Source: a virus. Taken from it: DNA of 64,000 bases. A program made the translations under genes and the position numbers. The stretch is from positions 4,946 through 68,945 of IMG/VR virus record IMGVR_UViG_3300020579_000012, one strand, 5' to 3'. Shown here in pieces: positions 50,707 through 58,474 of the stretch. The notes beneath the pieces are model-generated. The model did no database searches, had not been told where the DNA came from, and saw nothing but the letters and a program-made list of their open reading frames with translations. Every line of letters begins with the position of its first letter. The stretch's first letter is position 1.

Positions 50707-52035
50707 ATGCCTCAGAAACCGCAGCTCATCGACATGATCCGGACGGTCCCGGAAGTCGCCGTGCGACTTTGGGCGGGCGGAGTCCCGCGCCCGTCCGACG
50801 ATGGCGTCCGGATCGAGTTCGAGGGCCACATGCCGGTATTTCATGCGGACATCTACCAGCAGGCCGACAAAGTCGCTCGGATCCTGGCGATCCGCTGGGG
50901 CAGTCGCAAGCTCCGGTCGATGACGGACCTTTTGGATCTCCGGCACGCCGCTGAGGATGTTTTCATCGAAAATCTCTTCCATCGAGAGGACACACCGAAA
51001 GTCCTCTTTGTTCCGGCTGGTGAGACCGCCTCCGGCTTCTACCGTGCGATGATCCCGGCAGATCTGATGAATGAGGGCGGCCGGATCATCTCCCATTGGA
51101 CGAGTCGCCCGGATGTTGCGAAGGCACTTCGCTACGACGTCCTTTGGATCCAGCTCATCACGGCGCCGATTCTGATCGAGATCGCCCGTCAGGCGCAGGC
51201 GAGCGGCGTCCGGATCGTCTACGACATCGACGACAACCTGTCTGCGATTCCAGACGAGAATCAAGCAAAGAACGTCTACGGGACTCCGGAAAAGCAGGCG
51301 GAGATCCGGGCGATGATCGATTTGGCGGATCTCGTCACAGTCTCGACGGCACCGCTCGGGCGGGTCATTGCCGCTCGGCACCCTGGCAAACGGGTCGTCG
51401 TCCTTCCGAATATGGTGACGGCGAACGTTGCTCCGCGTCGGCATACACCGAATCCTGGCTTTGTTCGGATACTCTGGGCCGGAACGCCGACACATAAGCG
51501 GGACCTCGCGATCGTTGCACCCGCACTCCGGGAGCTGCTCCGGGAGCGGAACGGAAATGTTCGCTTTACGCTCTTCGGCGAGCGCGTCCCGGAGGCCCTG
51601 GCGGACTGCCAACAGTGGATCGACCTTAAGAAGCCGGTCGACTTTCAGGACTACCACGACGAGCTTGCCGAGCTCGCCGCGGACTTTGGGATCGTCCCGC
51701 TCGAGGCGAATGCCTTTAACGAATCGAAGTCCGGCTTGAAGGGTCTCGAGTACGCCTCCGCGGGCTACCCGATGCTCTGTTCTCCGGCCGCTGAGTACCC
51801 GGACATGGTCCGGGACGGATTCCCGTCCGCACTCGTTGCCGATGGCGACTGGCTTCCCGCGCTCCGGTACATGGTCGATCTGACGGCCAAGGAACGCGAT
51901 ATCATGGGGAAGGCTTGCATTGACTGGGCCACCCGGAACCGCTGCATGGGGACGAACCATGCAGACCAGTGGGCCGACGTTGTCCATGATCTTCTCGGGA
52001 AGCCGACGAAGGCGGAACTGAAGCTGGTGAGTTGA
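50707..52035 (+). CDS. glycosyltransferase (GT1/GT4-like) inside the late module
   Basis: ..IDLADLVTVSTAPLG..VVVLPNMV..RILWAGTPTHKRDL..NESKSGLKGLEYASAGYPMLCSP. Confidence 0.8.
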   Translation: MPQKPQLIDMIRTVPEVAVRLWAGGVPRPSDDGVRIEFEGHMPVFHADIYQQADKVARILAIRWGSRKLRSMTDLLDLRHAAEDVFIENLFHREDTPKVLFVPAGETASGFYRAMIPADLMNEGGRIISHWTSRPDVAKALRYDVLWIQLITAPILIEIARQAQASGVRIVYDIDDNLSAIPDENQAKNVYGTPEKQAEIRAMIDLADLVTVSTAPLGRVIAARHPGKRVVVLPNMVTANVAPRRHTPNPGFVRILWAGTPTHKRDLAIVAPALRELLRERNGNVRFTLFGERVPEALADCQQWIDLKKPVDFQDYHDELAELAADFGIVPLEANAFNESKSGLKGLEYASAGYPMLCSPAAEYPDMVRDGFPSALVADGDWLPALRYMVDLTAKERDIMGKACIDWATRNRCMGTNHADQWADVVHDLLGKPTKAELKLVS

Positions 52036-52301
52036 TGGCGCGACTTGATGCAGCGATCGATGTGGCGACGGAGTACGCCTACCACCTCTACAAGGTGGAC
52101 GGCGTTCCACAGGCTCAGGCCATCACGATCGGTGCGGCGGCGGTCGTCCGGGCAGCTCGTGCGAATCCGTTAAAGTTCGTCACGCCGAGAGCACAGCCAC
52201 AGCCGGAGTCCGCACTTGGTTGGTCCGGACAGGCACTCTCACTGGTTGGTTCATCTCTCTCGGTAATCGGTTTGATTAAAACACTTTTCGGTGGAGGATA
52301 G
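52032..52301 (+). CDS. tail-anchored small protein (89 aa)
   Basis: Ends ..GQALSLVGSSLSVIGLIKTLFGGG. Confidence 0.5.
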   Translation: MMARLDAAIDVATEYAYHLYKVDGVPQAQAITIGAAAVVRAARANPLKFVTPRAQPQPESALGWSGQALSLVGSSLSVIGLIKTLFGGG

Positions 52302-52305
52302 AAAG

Positions 52306-52716
52306 ATGTCGAAGGGAATCCGACGCTCCGGTCCAGGAAAATGTAACACGATCCTAGACTCGGTCATCTACCAGATGATCGGAGAGGGCATGGGCGACGA
52401 GTCTTGCGGGGATGTTTCCGAGGTTGGATTCGCTGCCGAGAAGATCTCTCTCGGTAGGGATGCTATCAAGGAGGCTGAGAGAATTGCCGCGGAAGACGAC
52501 GGTCTGACCGACGAGGAAGTCGATATGATAAAAGACTCCGTCGGGGCGATCATGGTCGAGAACGACCAAGGATTCGTCACTGTCGACTACTACGAAAATG
52601 AGAAGGAATTCGAGAAGGACTGGGAGGAAATCCAGGACGACGCTTCCCCTGAAGACGAGGAAGAAGAGGAAGAGGAATCTGAAGAGGAAGACGCCGAGAC
52701 CGAGGAGGCTGAATAG
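52306..52716 (+). CDS. highly acidic protein with poly-Glu tail (136 aa)
   Basis: GGAGGA SD; ends ..DDASPEDEEEEEEESEEEDAETEEAE. Confidence 0.55.
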   Translation: MSKGIRRSGPGKCNTILDSVIYQMIGEGMGDESCGDVSEVGFAAEKISLGRDAIKEAERIAAEDDGLTDEEVDMIKDSVGAIMVENDQGFVTVDYYENEKEFEKDWEEIQDDASPEDEEEEEEESEEEDAETEEAE

Positions 52717-52718
52717 CC

Positions 52719-53168
52719 ATGTCGCTGACAACCGAACAGTACAGGACCTTGGCAGACGTCCAGCGCAACCTCGTCCGACGTGGGGTGAGTCCGGTAGCCG
52801 CAGGGCAGGCGATCCTCCGTGCCGTCGACCGGGTGGCGCCGGGTGGCATGGGCTCGTGTGGTCCGGACTGCTGCTGCTGCCGTGGCAGTGGCGTCGGACA
52901 GACTACTCTTGCGCCCCTCTCGACGACGACCGGCGGGCTGGCGCCAACGACGGCCAGTCCCGTAGCCGGAGCCCCTCCGATCATCTCGACGATCGACGCG
53001 GCAGGGAATAATCCGTCCGTTGCGGCAATGCGGGACCTCGTCGGGAAGTGGTCTTGGGTGATTCCGGTTGGCGGTCTATTGATGTCCGCGAAGTCGAAGT
53101 TCACGGACTGGCGGGCCTCGAAGACGGATCCGGCGTATGCTGCTTCGAAGAGTCTGAGGAGCCGGTGA
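52719..53168 (+). CDS. hypothetical protein (149 aa)
   Basis: ..GSCGPDCCCCRGSG.. followed by a T/A/P-rich linker. Confidence 0.5.
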   Translation: MSLTTEQYRTLADVQRNLVRRGVSPVAAGQAILRAVDRVAPGGMGSCGPDCCCCRGSGVGQTTLAPLSTTTGGLAPTTASPVAGAPPIISTIDAAGNNPSVAAMRDLVGKWSWVIPVGGLLMSAKSKFTDWRASKTDPAYAASKSLRSR

Positions 53169-53395
53169 AGCTGCTGAAAGCCTTCAGGTTTCTTCATAAG
53201 AAGAAACCGTGTTTTCGATGCGGCGGGAACGCGACAGTCGGGTATATGTCGATCGACTACTGCGTGATCTGCCGTGAAGTCGTGATGAGAATGATGCCGA
53301 TCGTCGGGTTTGGCGGGATGTTCGGGTTTCCGGGGGCGACCGGATACTTGGAGTTCCCGAATTTGGAGAAGATCCAGGAGAAGAAGGAGAACTGA
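53165..53395 (+). CDS. small zinc-ribbon/hydrophobic protein (76 aa; start uncertain)
   Basis: GTG overlapping the upstream stop; CFRCGG..CVICRE. Confidence 0.4.
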   Translation: MKLLKAFRFLHKKKPCFRCGGNATVGYMSIDYCVICREVVMRMMPIVGFGGMFGFPGATGYLEFPNLEKIQEKKEN

Positions 53396-53396
53396 C

Positions 53397-53711
53397 ATGG
53401 GAGACGCGCCGTACATCATCATCAAGAACCGTCCCGGGTCCGGGGCCTTTAAGCGGTCGATCAGAACCCCTCGTTTCTGGCAGCACAACGAGACCGGGAA
53501 CGTGGTCGAGATCGTCCGAGTTCAGGAGGTCGACGGGAGCTGGCTCAGGTACATCTTCATCGATCCGACTGTTCCCGGCGTGCAGCTTTCCATGCCGTTC
53601 AAGACCCGGGAGAATCCGTACCAGCCACCCGGCCGATCGACGCCGCTGATGGAGCCTGGTTTTGAGGACCAGTACCACGTTTACAAGGACCAGCAGAGCA
53701 CGCGGGTCTAG
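53397..53711 (+). CDS. hypothetical protein (104 aa)
   Basis: AAGGAG 8 nt upstream of ATG 53397. Confidence 0.5.
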   Translation: MGDAPYIIIKNRPGSGAFKRSIRTPRFWQHNETGNVVEIVRVQEVDGSWLRYIFIDPTVPGVQLSMPFKTRENPYQPPGRSTPLMEPGFEDQYHVYKDQQSTRV

Positions 53712-53713
53712 TT

Positions 53714-54223
53714 ATGGATGAACTCAATAAACCACAAAAGGTCCGGCCGATTGTATTTCCGGACATCCTGTCTCCCGAGGAGCTCGACCGGGAGATCCGT
53801 CGCGTCTGGAAGATCTGTATCGCCGCGTCTGTCTCGGTTCCGCTCCTGGCGTGCGTCGTCGTGGCACTCCTGTTCTTCGGCGTCACGGACCTAAAGACCG
53901 TCGGACTGATCGCCTACCCGATAACGGCGATCGTTCTGATGACGTTCGGGCTCGCCTTCGTGATCCCGGCGACACTGACCAGCATCCGCCGCGTTTCGGC
54001 TACGGTCCGGATGGCCTATACAGGGCTACAGACGAACCAGCAGACGACGGAGTCGATAAAGGCCTTTCTCGAGGAGGCTCGGCCGATCGTCGATGTCATG
54101 AAGAATCAGATCCAGGACGGTTTCCTTGAGAAAATCGAGGGACACTTGAAGACGATCGCCGAGCGCGTCAAGCGCGACACGACGCCGTTGCCGACAGGTC
54201 GCCGACCCTCGATCGAGGCCTAA
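53714..54223 (+). CDS. membrane protein (169 aa)
   Basis: Two TM segments (ICIAASVSVPLLACVVVALLFFGV; LIAYPITAIVLMTFGLAFVIPA). Confidence 0.55.
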   Translation: MDELNKPQKVRPIVFPDILSPEELDREIRRVWKICIAASVSVPLLACVVVALLFFGVTDLKTVGLIAYPITAIVLMTFGLAFVIPATLTSIRRVSATVRMAYTGLQTNQQTTESIKAFLEEARPIVDVMKNQIQDGFLEKIEGHLKTIAERVKRDTTPLPTGRRPSIEA

Positions 54224-54232
54224 CGGAAAAAT

Positions 54233-54667
54233 ATGGCAGGCGGCGGAGGCAGCGGGACGATTTACCTGAGAGGCTCTACCTATCAATGCTGCGGCAGCAT
54301 ATCCCAAAATAAAGACGTGGTGACGATCCGGAAGGGCCAGCCAGTTGCCGTTCACTCGAGCGGAGTCGGAGTCGTCCTGGCCGGTGCCGCTCTCAACGGG
54401 ATGTACGCTGTTGGACTAGCGAAGGAAGACATTGCGGTAGGCGCGAGCGGACCGATCGCAGACTTCGGCGACTTCCAGATGTCCGACTGGACACCCGTCG
54501 TCGGTTCGCCGTCCCTGGCGGCGAAGGCAACGTACTTCCTAAGTGACGTGGTAGGCCAGCTCTCGACAGTTTCTCCGTCATCCCCTGGAGACGTCAGTCA
54601 GATTGTTCTGCGTGAGATAGCTCCGGACACTGCGTCGCTACGAATAGAATCTCCGATTTTGATCTGA
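54233..54667 (+). CDS. small beta-rich structural protein, paralog of 54676-55152
   Basis: MAGGGGSG.. N-terminus; ends ..LRIESPILI. Confidence 0.55.
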   Translation: MAGGGGSGTIYLRGSTYQCCGSISQNKDVVTIRKGQPVAVHSSGVGVVLAGAALNGMYAVGLAKEDIAVGASGPIADFGDFQMSDWTPVVGSPSLAAKATYFLSDVVGQLSTVSPSSPGDVSQIVLREIAPDTASLRIESPILI

Positions 54668-54675
54668 GGTGATCC

Positions 54676-55152
54676 TTGGCACTCAGAAAACCGCTCGTCT
54701 TCAACGGCGGCATCCAGCAGCTCCAGAGTGGAGACACCCTGGATGCCGCACGGTCCGATTCATCCGGTCTGATCCAGACGAACGACAACGTCGGCGCAAT
54801 GATCGCCGGACAGGTCGTATACAACGACGCGAACGACGGCGTCAAGAGCGCGAAGGCTGACGCCAGCGCGACGAAGGACGTCGTCGGTCTGATGCTCGAC
54901 ACTCCGGCGGCGGCCGGAACCGGCTTCGTCGCTATGAGCGGACCGGTCACGTTGACGACCGCGCAATGGGATGCGGTCTTCGGGACGTCCGGAGGACTGA
55001 CAAAGGGAACTCGCTACTACCTGTCGGCAACATCCGCCGGTCAGGGTCAGGCTGGTGCCCCAACCACCGTGGGACAGTATGTCGTCGAACTCGGTATCGC
55101 CATTTCGACGACCGAGCTGATGCTTGCGATCAGGAGCCCGATCCTCCTTTGA
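54676..55152 (+). CDS. small beta-rich structural protein, paralog of 54233-54667
   Basis: Ends ..LMLAIRSPILL; shares the G..V..G.A.S/T..L.I.SPIL pattern. Confidence 0.55.
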   Translation: MALRKPLVFNGGIQQLQSGDTLDAARSDSSGLIQTNDNVGAMIAGQVVYNDANDGVKSAKADASATKDVVGLMLDTPAAAGTGFVAMSGPVTLTTAQWDAVFGTSGGLTKGTRYYLSATSAGQGQAGAPTTVGQYVVELGIAISTTELMLAIRSPILL

Positions 55153-55370
55153 GCGACAAGAAGCCTCTTGTCCTGGGGACCGATCCGTCGAGCGGTGCGG
55201 TTCAGATGCAGCAGATTCAGCCGTGCGATCAGGTTAACCCGGCCTCGCTCCCGTTCGATCGGGAGACGAATTTGCGTAGGCTCTTTCGTGTCCTGATTCG
55301 AGATCTGATGAGCATTGGATTCCCTGTGTCTCAGGAATTGATCGACGAAGCCTCTAAGCAAGGATACTGA
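55149..55370 (+). CDS. hypothetical protein (73 aa; TTG start)
   Basis: TTGA overlap with the upstream stop. Confidence 0.4.
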   Translation: MSDKKPLVLGTDPSSGAVQMQQIQPCDQVNPASLPFDRETNLRRLFRVLIRDLMSIGFPVSQELIDEASKQGY

Positions 55371-55371
55371 C

Positions 55372-56136
55372 ATGGCAAACTTCACAGCGATCGTACGAGG
55401 GATAGCGCAGCGCGTCCTCGCGATCACATCGCCGACCCCGGACGGAACGGAGACACCGAACGGAGTCCGTACTGGGAGATTCAACGAACTATTCTCGCTG
55501 AATCTCTGGGCAAAACAGCACGGCCTCGCGGACGAGGAGTCGTCCTTTGTGATGTCCGGAACGCTCGGCACCGGAGTCGCAACGATCGCTGCGCTCACGG
55601 GGCTTGTCGATACATCTCCTTTTATCATTGCGAAGAATATTGCTGATCCGTCAACCGGGATCCGGTCCTATCTCGACCTCTTGAAGCTCATCTGCACGGT
55701 GGCCGGGACAGCAGGGACGGCGCTTCGATACGGGGTCAAAGTCGGACCGAGTCGACAAGACCCGACCGGAATGGACGCTGCATTCAACCCGACTCTGGCG
55801 GCACCGACCGGCGTTCCACAAAACGTCCAGGCGTCCAGCCAGAGGCAGTCGATCCTGCGCGTCTATGCCGGGGCGCTCGTTGCACCGGCCGCTCAGGGCG
55901 GTACGCGCCAGCTTGGGGGAGGTCTCCTGAAGAGCGCAATCCCCGTCGCCAACGACCAATACATCATCAACTTCGGCGGAATCGATCCGGCCGCGCCTGC
56001 AACCCAGGTCGATAGGAACGACGCGCATCCTTCGGTGGTAATCCCTCCCGGCTACTCCGCGTTCATACACATTTGGCTCCCCTCGCAGTCTGCGGCCTCG
56101 AGCTACGAGATTCAACTCCATCATCACGAAAGATAG
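55372..56136 (+). CDS. structural protein (254 aa), fold unknown
   Basis: ORF track; last large late ORF. Confidence 0.6.
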   Translation: MANFTAIVRGIAQRVLAITSPTPDGTETPNGVRTGRFNELFSLNLWAKQHGLADEESSFVMSGTLGTGVATIAALTGLVDTSPFIIAKNIADPSTGIRSYLDLLKLICTVAGTAGTALRYGVKVGPSRQDPTGMDAAFNPTLAAPTGVPQNVQASSQRQSILRVYAGALVAPAAQGGTRQLGGGLLKSAIPVANDQYIINFGGIDPAAPATQVDRNDAHPSVVIPPGYSAFIHIWLPSQSAASSYEIQLHHHER

Positions 56137-56139
56137 ATC

Positions 56140-56538
56140 GTGACCAGAGTCGAAGTCCTCTTCGATCTCATCCGGACACAGGCGTCGCTCCGGTTCCCCT
56201 GGATCGCCCAGGTCAAGGTGAAGTTCTGTCCGATGGCCGACCGGGATCACGGGATGAAATGGCGCCAGTTCGCCCATACAAATCATCGCGTGTACACGGT
56301 CTGTTTCGCGAAGGCGGCCGAGATCGAACTCTTCGACGAGGAGGTCCTCGGGATGTCGGCGCACGAGCTGGGGCATATCGTCGGGAAGCGTCTTCGATAC
56401 CCGGAGCACTCGCGGCCGACGACGACGAAGAGGACCCCCAAGGCCGTCCAGGACGAGGCCGACAGGATCGCCCAGGAGGTCCTTGGGTTCGACGGCCTTC
56501 ACTACAACCACCGGACGCTCCAGGAGCTTAGAGGATAG
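56140..56538 (+). CDS. small HEXXH metallopeptidase-like protein
   Basis: ..GMSAHELGHIVGK.. Confidence 0.6.
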   Translation: MTRVEVLFDLIRTQASLRFPWIAQVKVKFCPMADRDHGMKWRQFAHTNHRVYTVCFAKAAEIELFDEEVLGMSAHELGHIVGKRLRYPEHSRPTTTKRTPKAVQDEADRIAQEVLGFDGLHYNHRTLQELRG

Positions 56539-56755
56539 TCTCCTCCGGCGTGTCCGGCAACGTGAAGGCGACCGTCATCTGGAACTCATAGATCAGCCGT
56601 TTGGCCGCGTCAATCGAGACGAGCTTCCAATAAAACGGGTCTCCGCGCTCGTCCCGGAACTGCAGGCAGGCGACGATCTCGTCGTCGGAGATCTGGATCC
56701 TGAGCGGACAATTGGAGCCCTTGATCGCATAGACCTTCAAGCGCCCAACCCCCAC
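56528..56755 (-). CDS. hypothetical protein (75 aa)
   Basis: ORF track; its 3' end converges on and overlaps gene 56140-56538 by 11 nt. Confidence 0.5.
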   Translation of the reverse strand: MGVGRLKVYAIKGSNCPLRIQISDDEIVACLQFRDERGDPFYWKLVSIDAAKRLIYEFQMTVAFTLPDTPEETIL

Positions 56756-56790
56756 CCGGTCGCGCCTGCTATTTTATACGATCTCCAGGT

Positions 56791-57030
56791 CTAGCGCCAG
56801 ATGCAGCGGCACCAGTCATGCTCGCCCTGATGATGGTTGCAGAGCCCGTAGATCTCCACCTTGCAGACGACGCACTTCTTGCAGTCCGAGCTCGAGACGG
56901 CGTTCCTCGCGATCGAGTACCTTCTCAGGATGGAGAATCTTGAGCGCGTCACGGTGAAAAGGGCCGCCAGCATGAACATTCCAAAGGATACCCCGAACGT
57001 CGCCTTCCAGTGGACCAGGATGCTCGTCAT
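56791..57030 (-). CDS. membrane plus Cys-rich protein (79 aa)
   Basis: TM segment FGVSFGMFMLAALFTV; CKKCVVCK..CNHH. Confidence 0.5.
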   Translation of the reverse strand: MTSILVHWKATFGVSFGMFMLAALFTVTRSRFSILRRYSIARNAVSSSDCKKCVVCKVEIYGLCNHHQGEHDWCRCIWR

Positions 57031-57051
57031 GGCTCTCTCTCCTGCAGTACG

Positions 57052-57073
57052 GCACTTTATAACAGTTCTGTGC
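57052..57073 (-). promoter_or_regulatory. 22-bp dyad motif copy
   Basis: GCACAGAACTGTTATAAAGTGC; intergenic. Confidence 0.55.
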
Positions 57074-57075
57074 AG

Positions 57076-57261
57076 CTACCCGGAACGGACCTTGTTCTTG
57101 TGGGACTTGAGCTCCTGCTTTGTCCTGTTCTGTCGACCGTGCCGTCCATGGTCCTTCGAGCTGCTTTGAGCCTTGTAGTCCCTATCCAACCTCTCGCAGA
57201 GATCGTCGCAGAAACGTCGATCGCCCAGGATTACTTCTCCGCACCAGAAGCAGGTTTTCAT
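57076..57261 (-). CDS. zinc-ribbon protein with basic tail (61 aa)
   Basis: CFWCGE..FCDDLCE. Confidence 0.5.
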   Translation of the reverse strand: MKTCFWCGEVILGDRRFCDDLCERLDRDYKAQSSSKDHGRHGRQNRTKQELKSHKNKVRSG

Positions 57262-57276
57262 GTATTATTTTACACA

Positions 57277-57292
57277 AAGAAGATTACAGGGA
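57277..57292 (-). promoter_or_regulatory. CCCT(A)GTAATCTTCT motif copy
   Basis: Minus strand: TCCCTGTAATCTTCTTT, 19 nt before ATG 57261. Confidence 0.4.
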
Positions 57293-57466
57293 GAGAGGCT
57301 TTCGCCCATGGATCTTCTTAAAGAGATCCTCGTACACCTTCCTTGCCTTCGGTCCGCTGACGAAGCACTTACCGCCGCCAGCTATGAACCCTCGACGCCC
57401 CTTCTTCCTTGGGGCGAGAAGTGAAAGGCTCACGTAGTACGCCTTGTCTCGATGCGCCTTGTCCAT
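57284..57466 (-). CDS. small basic protein (60 aa)
   Basis: Trimmed to ATG 57464-57466. Confidence 0.45.
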   Translation of the reverse strand: MDKAHRDKAYYVSLSLLAPRKKGRRGFIAGGGKCFVSGPKARKVYEDLFKKIHGRKPLSL

Positions 57467-57474
57467 GAAACCCC

Positions 57475-57717
57475 CTAATAGAGGTCTTCGCTCATCAGAA
57501 CAGTATAGAGCTTCGGAACCTGCCCAGCCTCGAACGCCACCTTTGCTGCTTCCTTCCTGTCTAAGAACTTTCCGCATTCGGTGACGAATCCCTGGGTCCC
57601 CCTGACCGGGGCGGCCTTGCGACCGAGCTCGTCGATGATTTTTTGAATCACGTCGTGGTGCCTACGGCCGGTCCAGACGACGCCACCGTGTATGATGGCG
57701 GCCTCTTTGATCCTCAT
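57475..57717 (-). CDS. hypothetical protein (80 aa)
   Basis: AAIIHGGVVWTGRRHHDVI..GFVTECGKFLDRKEAAKVAFEAGQ: a pattern I have seen in uncharacterised phage proteins. Confidence 0.55.
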   Translation of the reverse strand: MRIKEAAIIHGGVVWTGRRHHDVIQKIIDELGRKAAPVRGTQGFVTECGKFLDRKEAAKVAFEAGQVPKLYTVLMSEDLY

Positions 57718-57728
57718 TTATCTTCCGC

Positions 57729-57746
57729 AGAGAAGATTACGTAGGG
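57729..57746 (-). promoter_or_regulatory. CCCTACGTAATCTTCT motif copy
   Basis: Minus strand: CCCTACGTAATCTTCTC, 16 nt before ATG 57717. Confidence 0.45.
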
Positions 57747-57747
57747 A

Positions 57748-58014
57748 TTAACATCTCTCAGCGTTCTCGTGAAGCACGCTCCTTGATGAGAATTCGTCAT
57801 TTTTCATCGCCGTGAAGTGCTCCTTATTCACCCAGTACAGCTTTTGGTCAGCCTCGCAAATCACGAGCAGGTAGGTCTTATGTGAGAACCACGTATCCTT
57901 GACCCAGACGCCAAGAGCCCGGACTGGAGCGTCGGTGATCGGAGCGGCCTCAAGATCATCGAAGTTGATCCTGAATACATTGCCCTTGATCGGTTCCTGA
58001 AACATCGAGACCAT
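57748..58014 (-). CDS. hypothetical protein (88 aa)
   Basis: ORF track. Confidence 0.5.
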   Translation of the reverse strand: MVSMFQEPIKGNVFRINFDDLEAAPITDAPVRALGVWVKDTWFSHKTYLLVICEADQKLYWVNKEHFTAMKNDEFSSRSVLHENAERC

Positions 58015-58024
58015 ATTCTCTCCT

Positions 58025-58042
58025 GAGAAGATTACGTAGGGA
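58025..58042 (-). promoter_or_regulatory. CCCTACGTAATCTTCT motif copy
   Basis: Minus strand: TCCCTACGTAATCTTCTC, 14 nt before ATG 58014; 17 of 17 nt identical to the 57729 copy. Confidence 0.45.
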
Positions 58043-58253
58043 GACTCCCCATAAACTTCCTGGCGTCCTCTAGCGTATGGAGCCTATGAAGCTCTCCACT
58101 TAGAGGATGCTCGACCTCTACCACAATTGAGTTCCAAGCGAGCGTCCTATCTGATCCGATGCGGTCGCCTTCGGCTTTATATTTGAATTGAAGTCCAGCC
58201 GCATGTAGCAGGCTCGCTATGGTGACCGCAACCTCATCAGCATCCATAATCAT
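58032..58253 (-). CDS. hypothetical protein (73 aa)
   Basis: ORF track. Confidence 0.5.
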   Translation of the reverse strand: MIMDADEVAVTIASLLHAAGLQFKYKAEGDRIGSDRTLAWNSIVVEVEHPLSGELHRLHTLEDARKFMGSLPT

Positions 58254-58474
58254 AATCTTATTCCGAACCGTCTTGCGTACTCGTCTTTGAGCGCCGAAAG
58301 GCGGTCCTCTGCGATCTTAATCTCCGTCTCCAGTCGCGACTTATTGATTCGACCTTGGACCCGATAGCACTCAGGATTTCCACAAAGAATCCACTTCGCA
58401 TAATACGGCTTCGCGTGGTCAGGCTCGTATTCGAACCTGCAGCCACAGTCCATCGGGATCTCAACGATCGCCAT
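58250..58474 (-). CDS. hypothetical protein (74 aa)
   Basis: ORF track; ATGA overlap. Confidence 0.5.
   Translation of the reverse strand: MAIVEIPMDCGCRFEYEPDHAKPYYAKWILCGNPECYRVQGRINKSRLETEIKIAEDRLSALKDEYARRFGIRL

Noticed and set aside
50632-52110. 492-aa minus-strand ORF
   Set aside because: It is antisense to the plus-strand glycosyltransferase, which has clear GT1/GT4 motifs, and its own sequence is Arg/Pro-rich junk.
52577-53488. 303-aa minus-strand ORF. The similar antisense ORFs 55651-56511 (286 aa), 29998-30636 (212 aa) and 37167-37871 (234 aa) are covered by the same reasoning.
   Set aside because: All are antisense to coherent plus-strand genes and all have low-complexity Ser/Arg/Pro composition.
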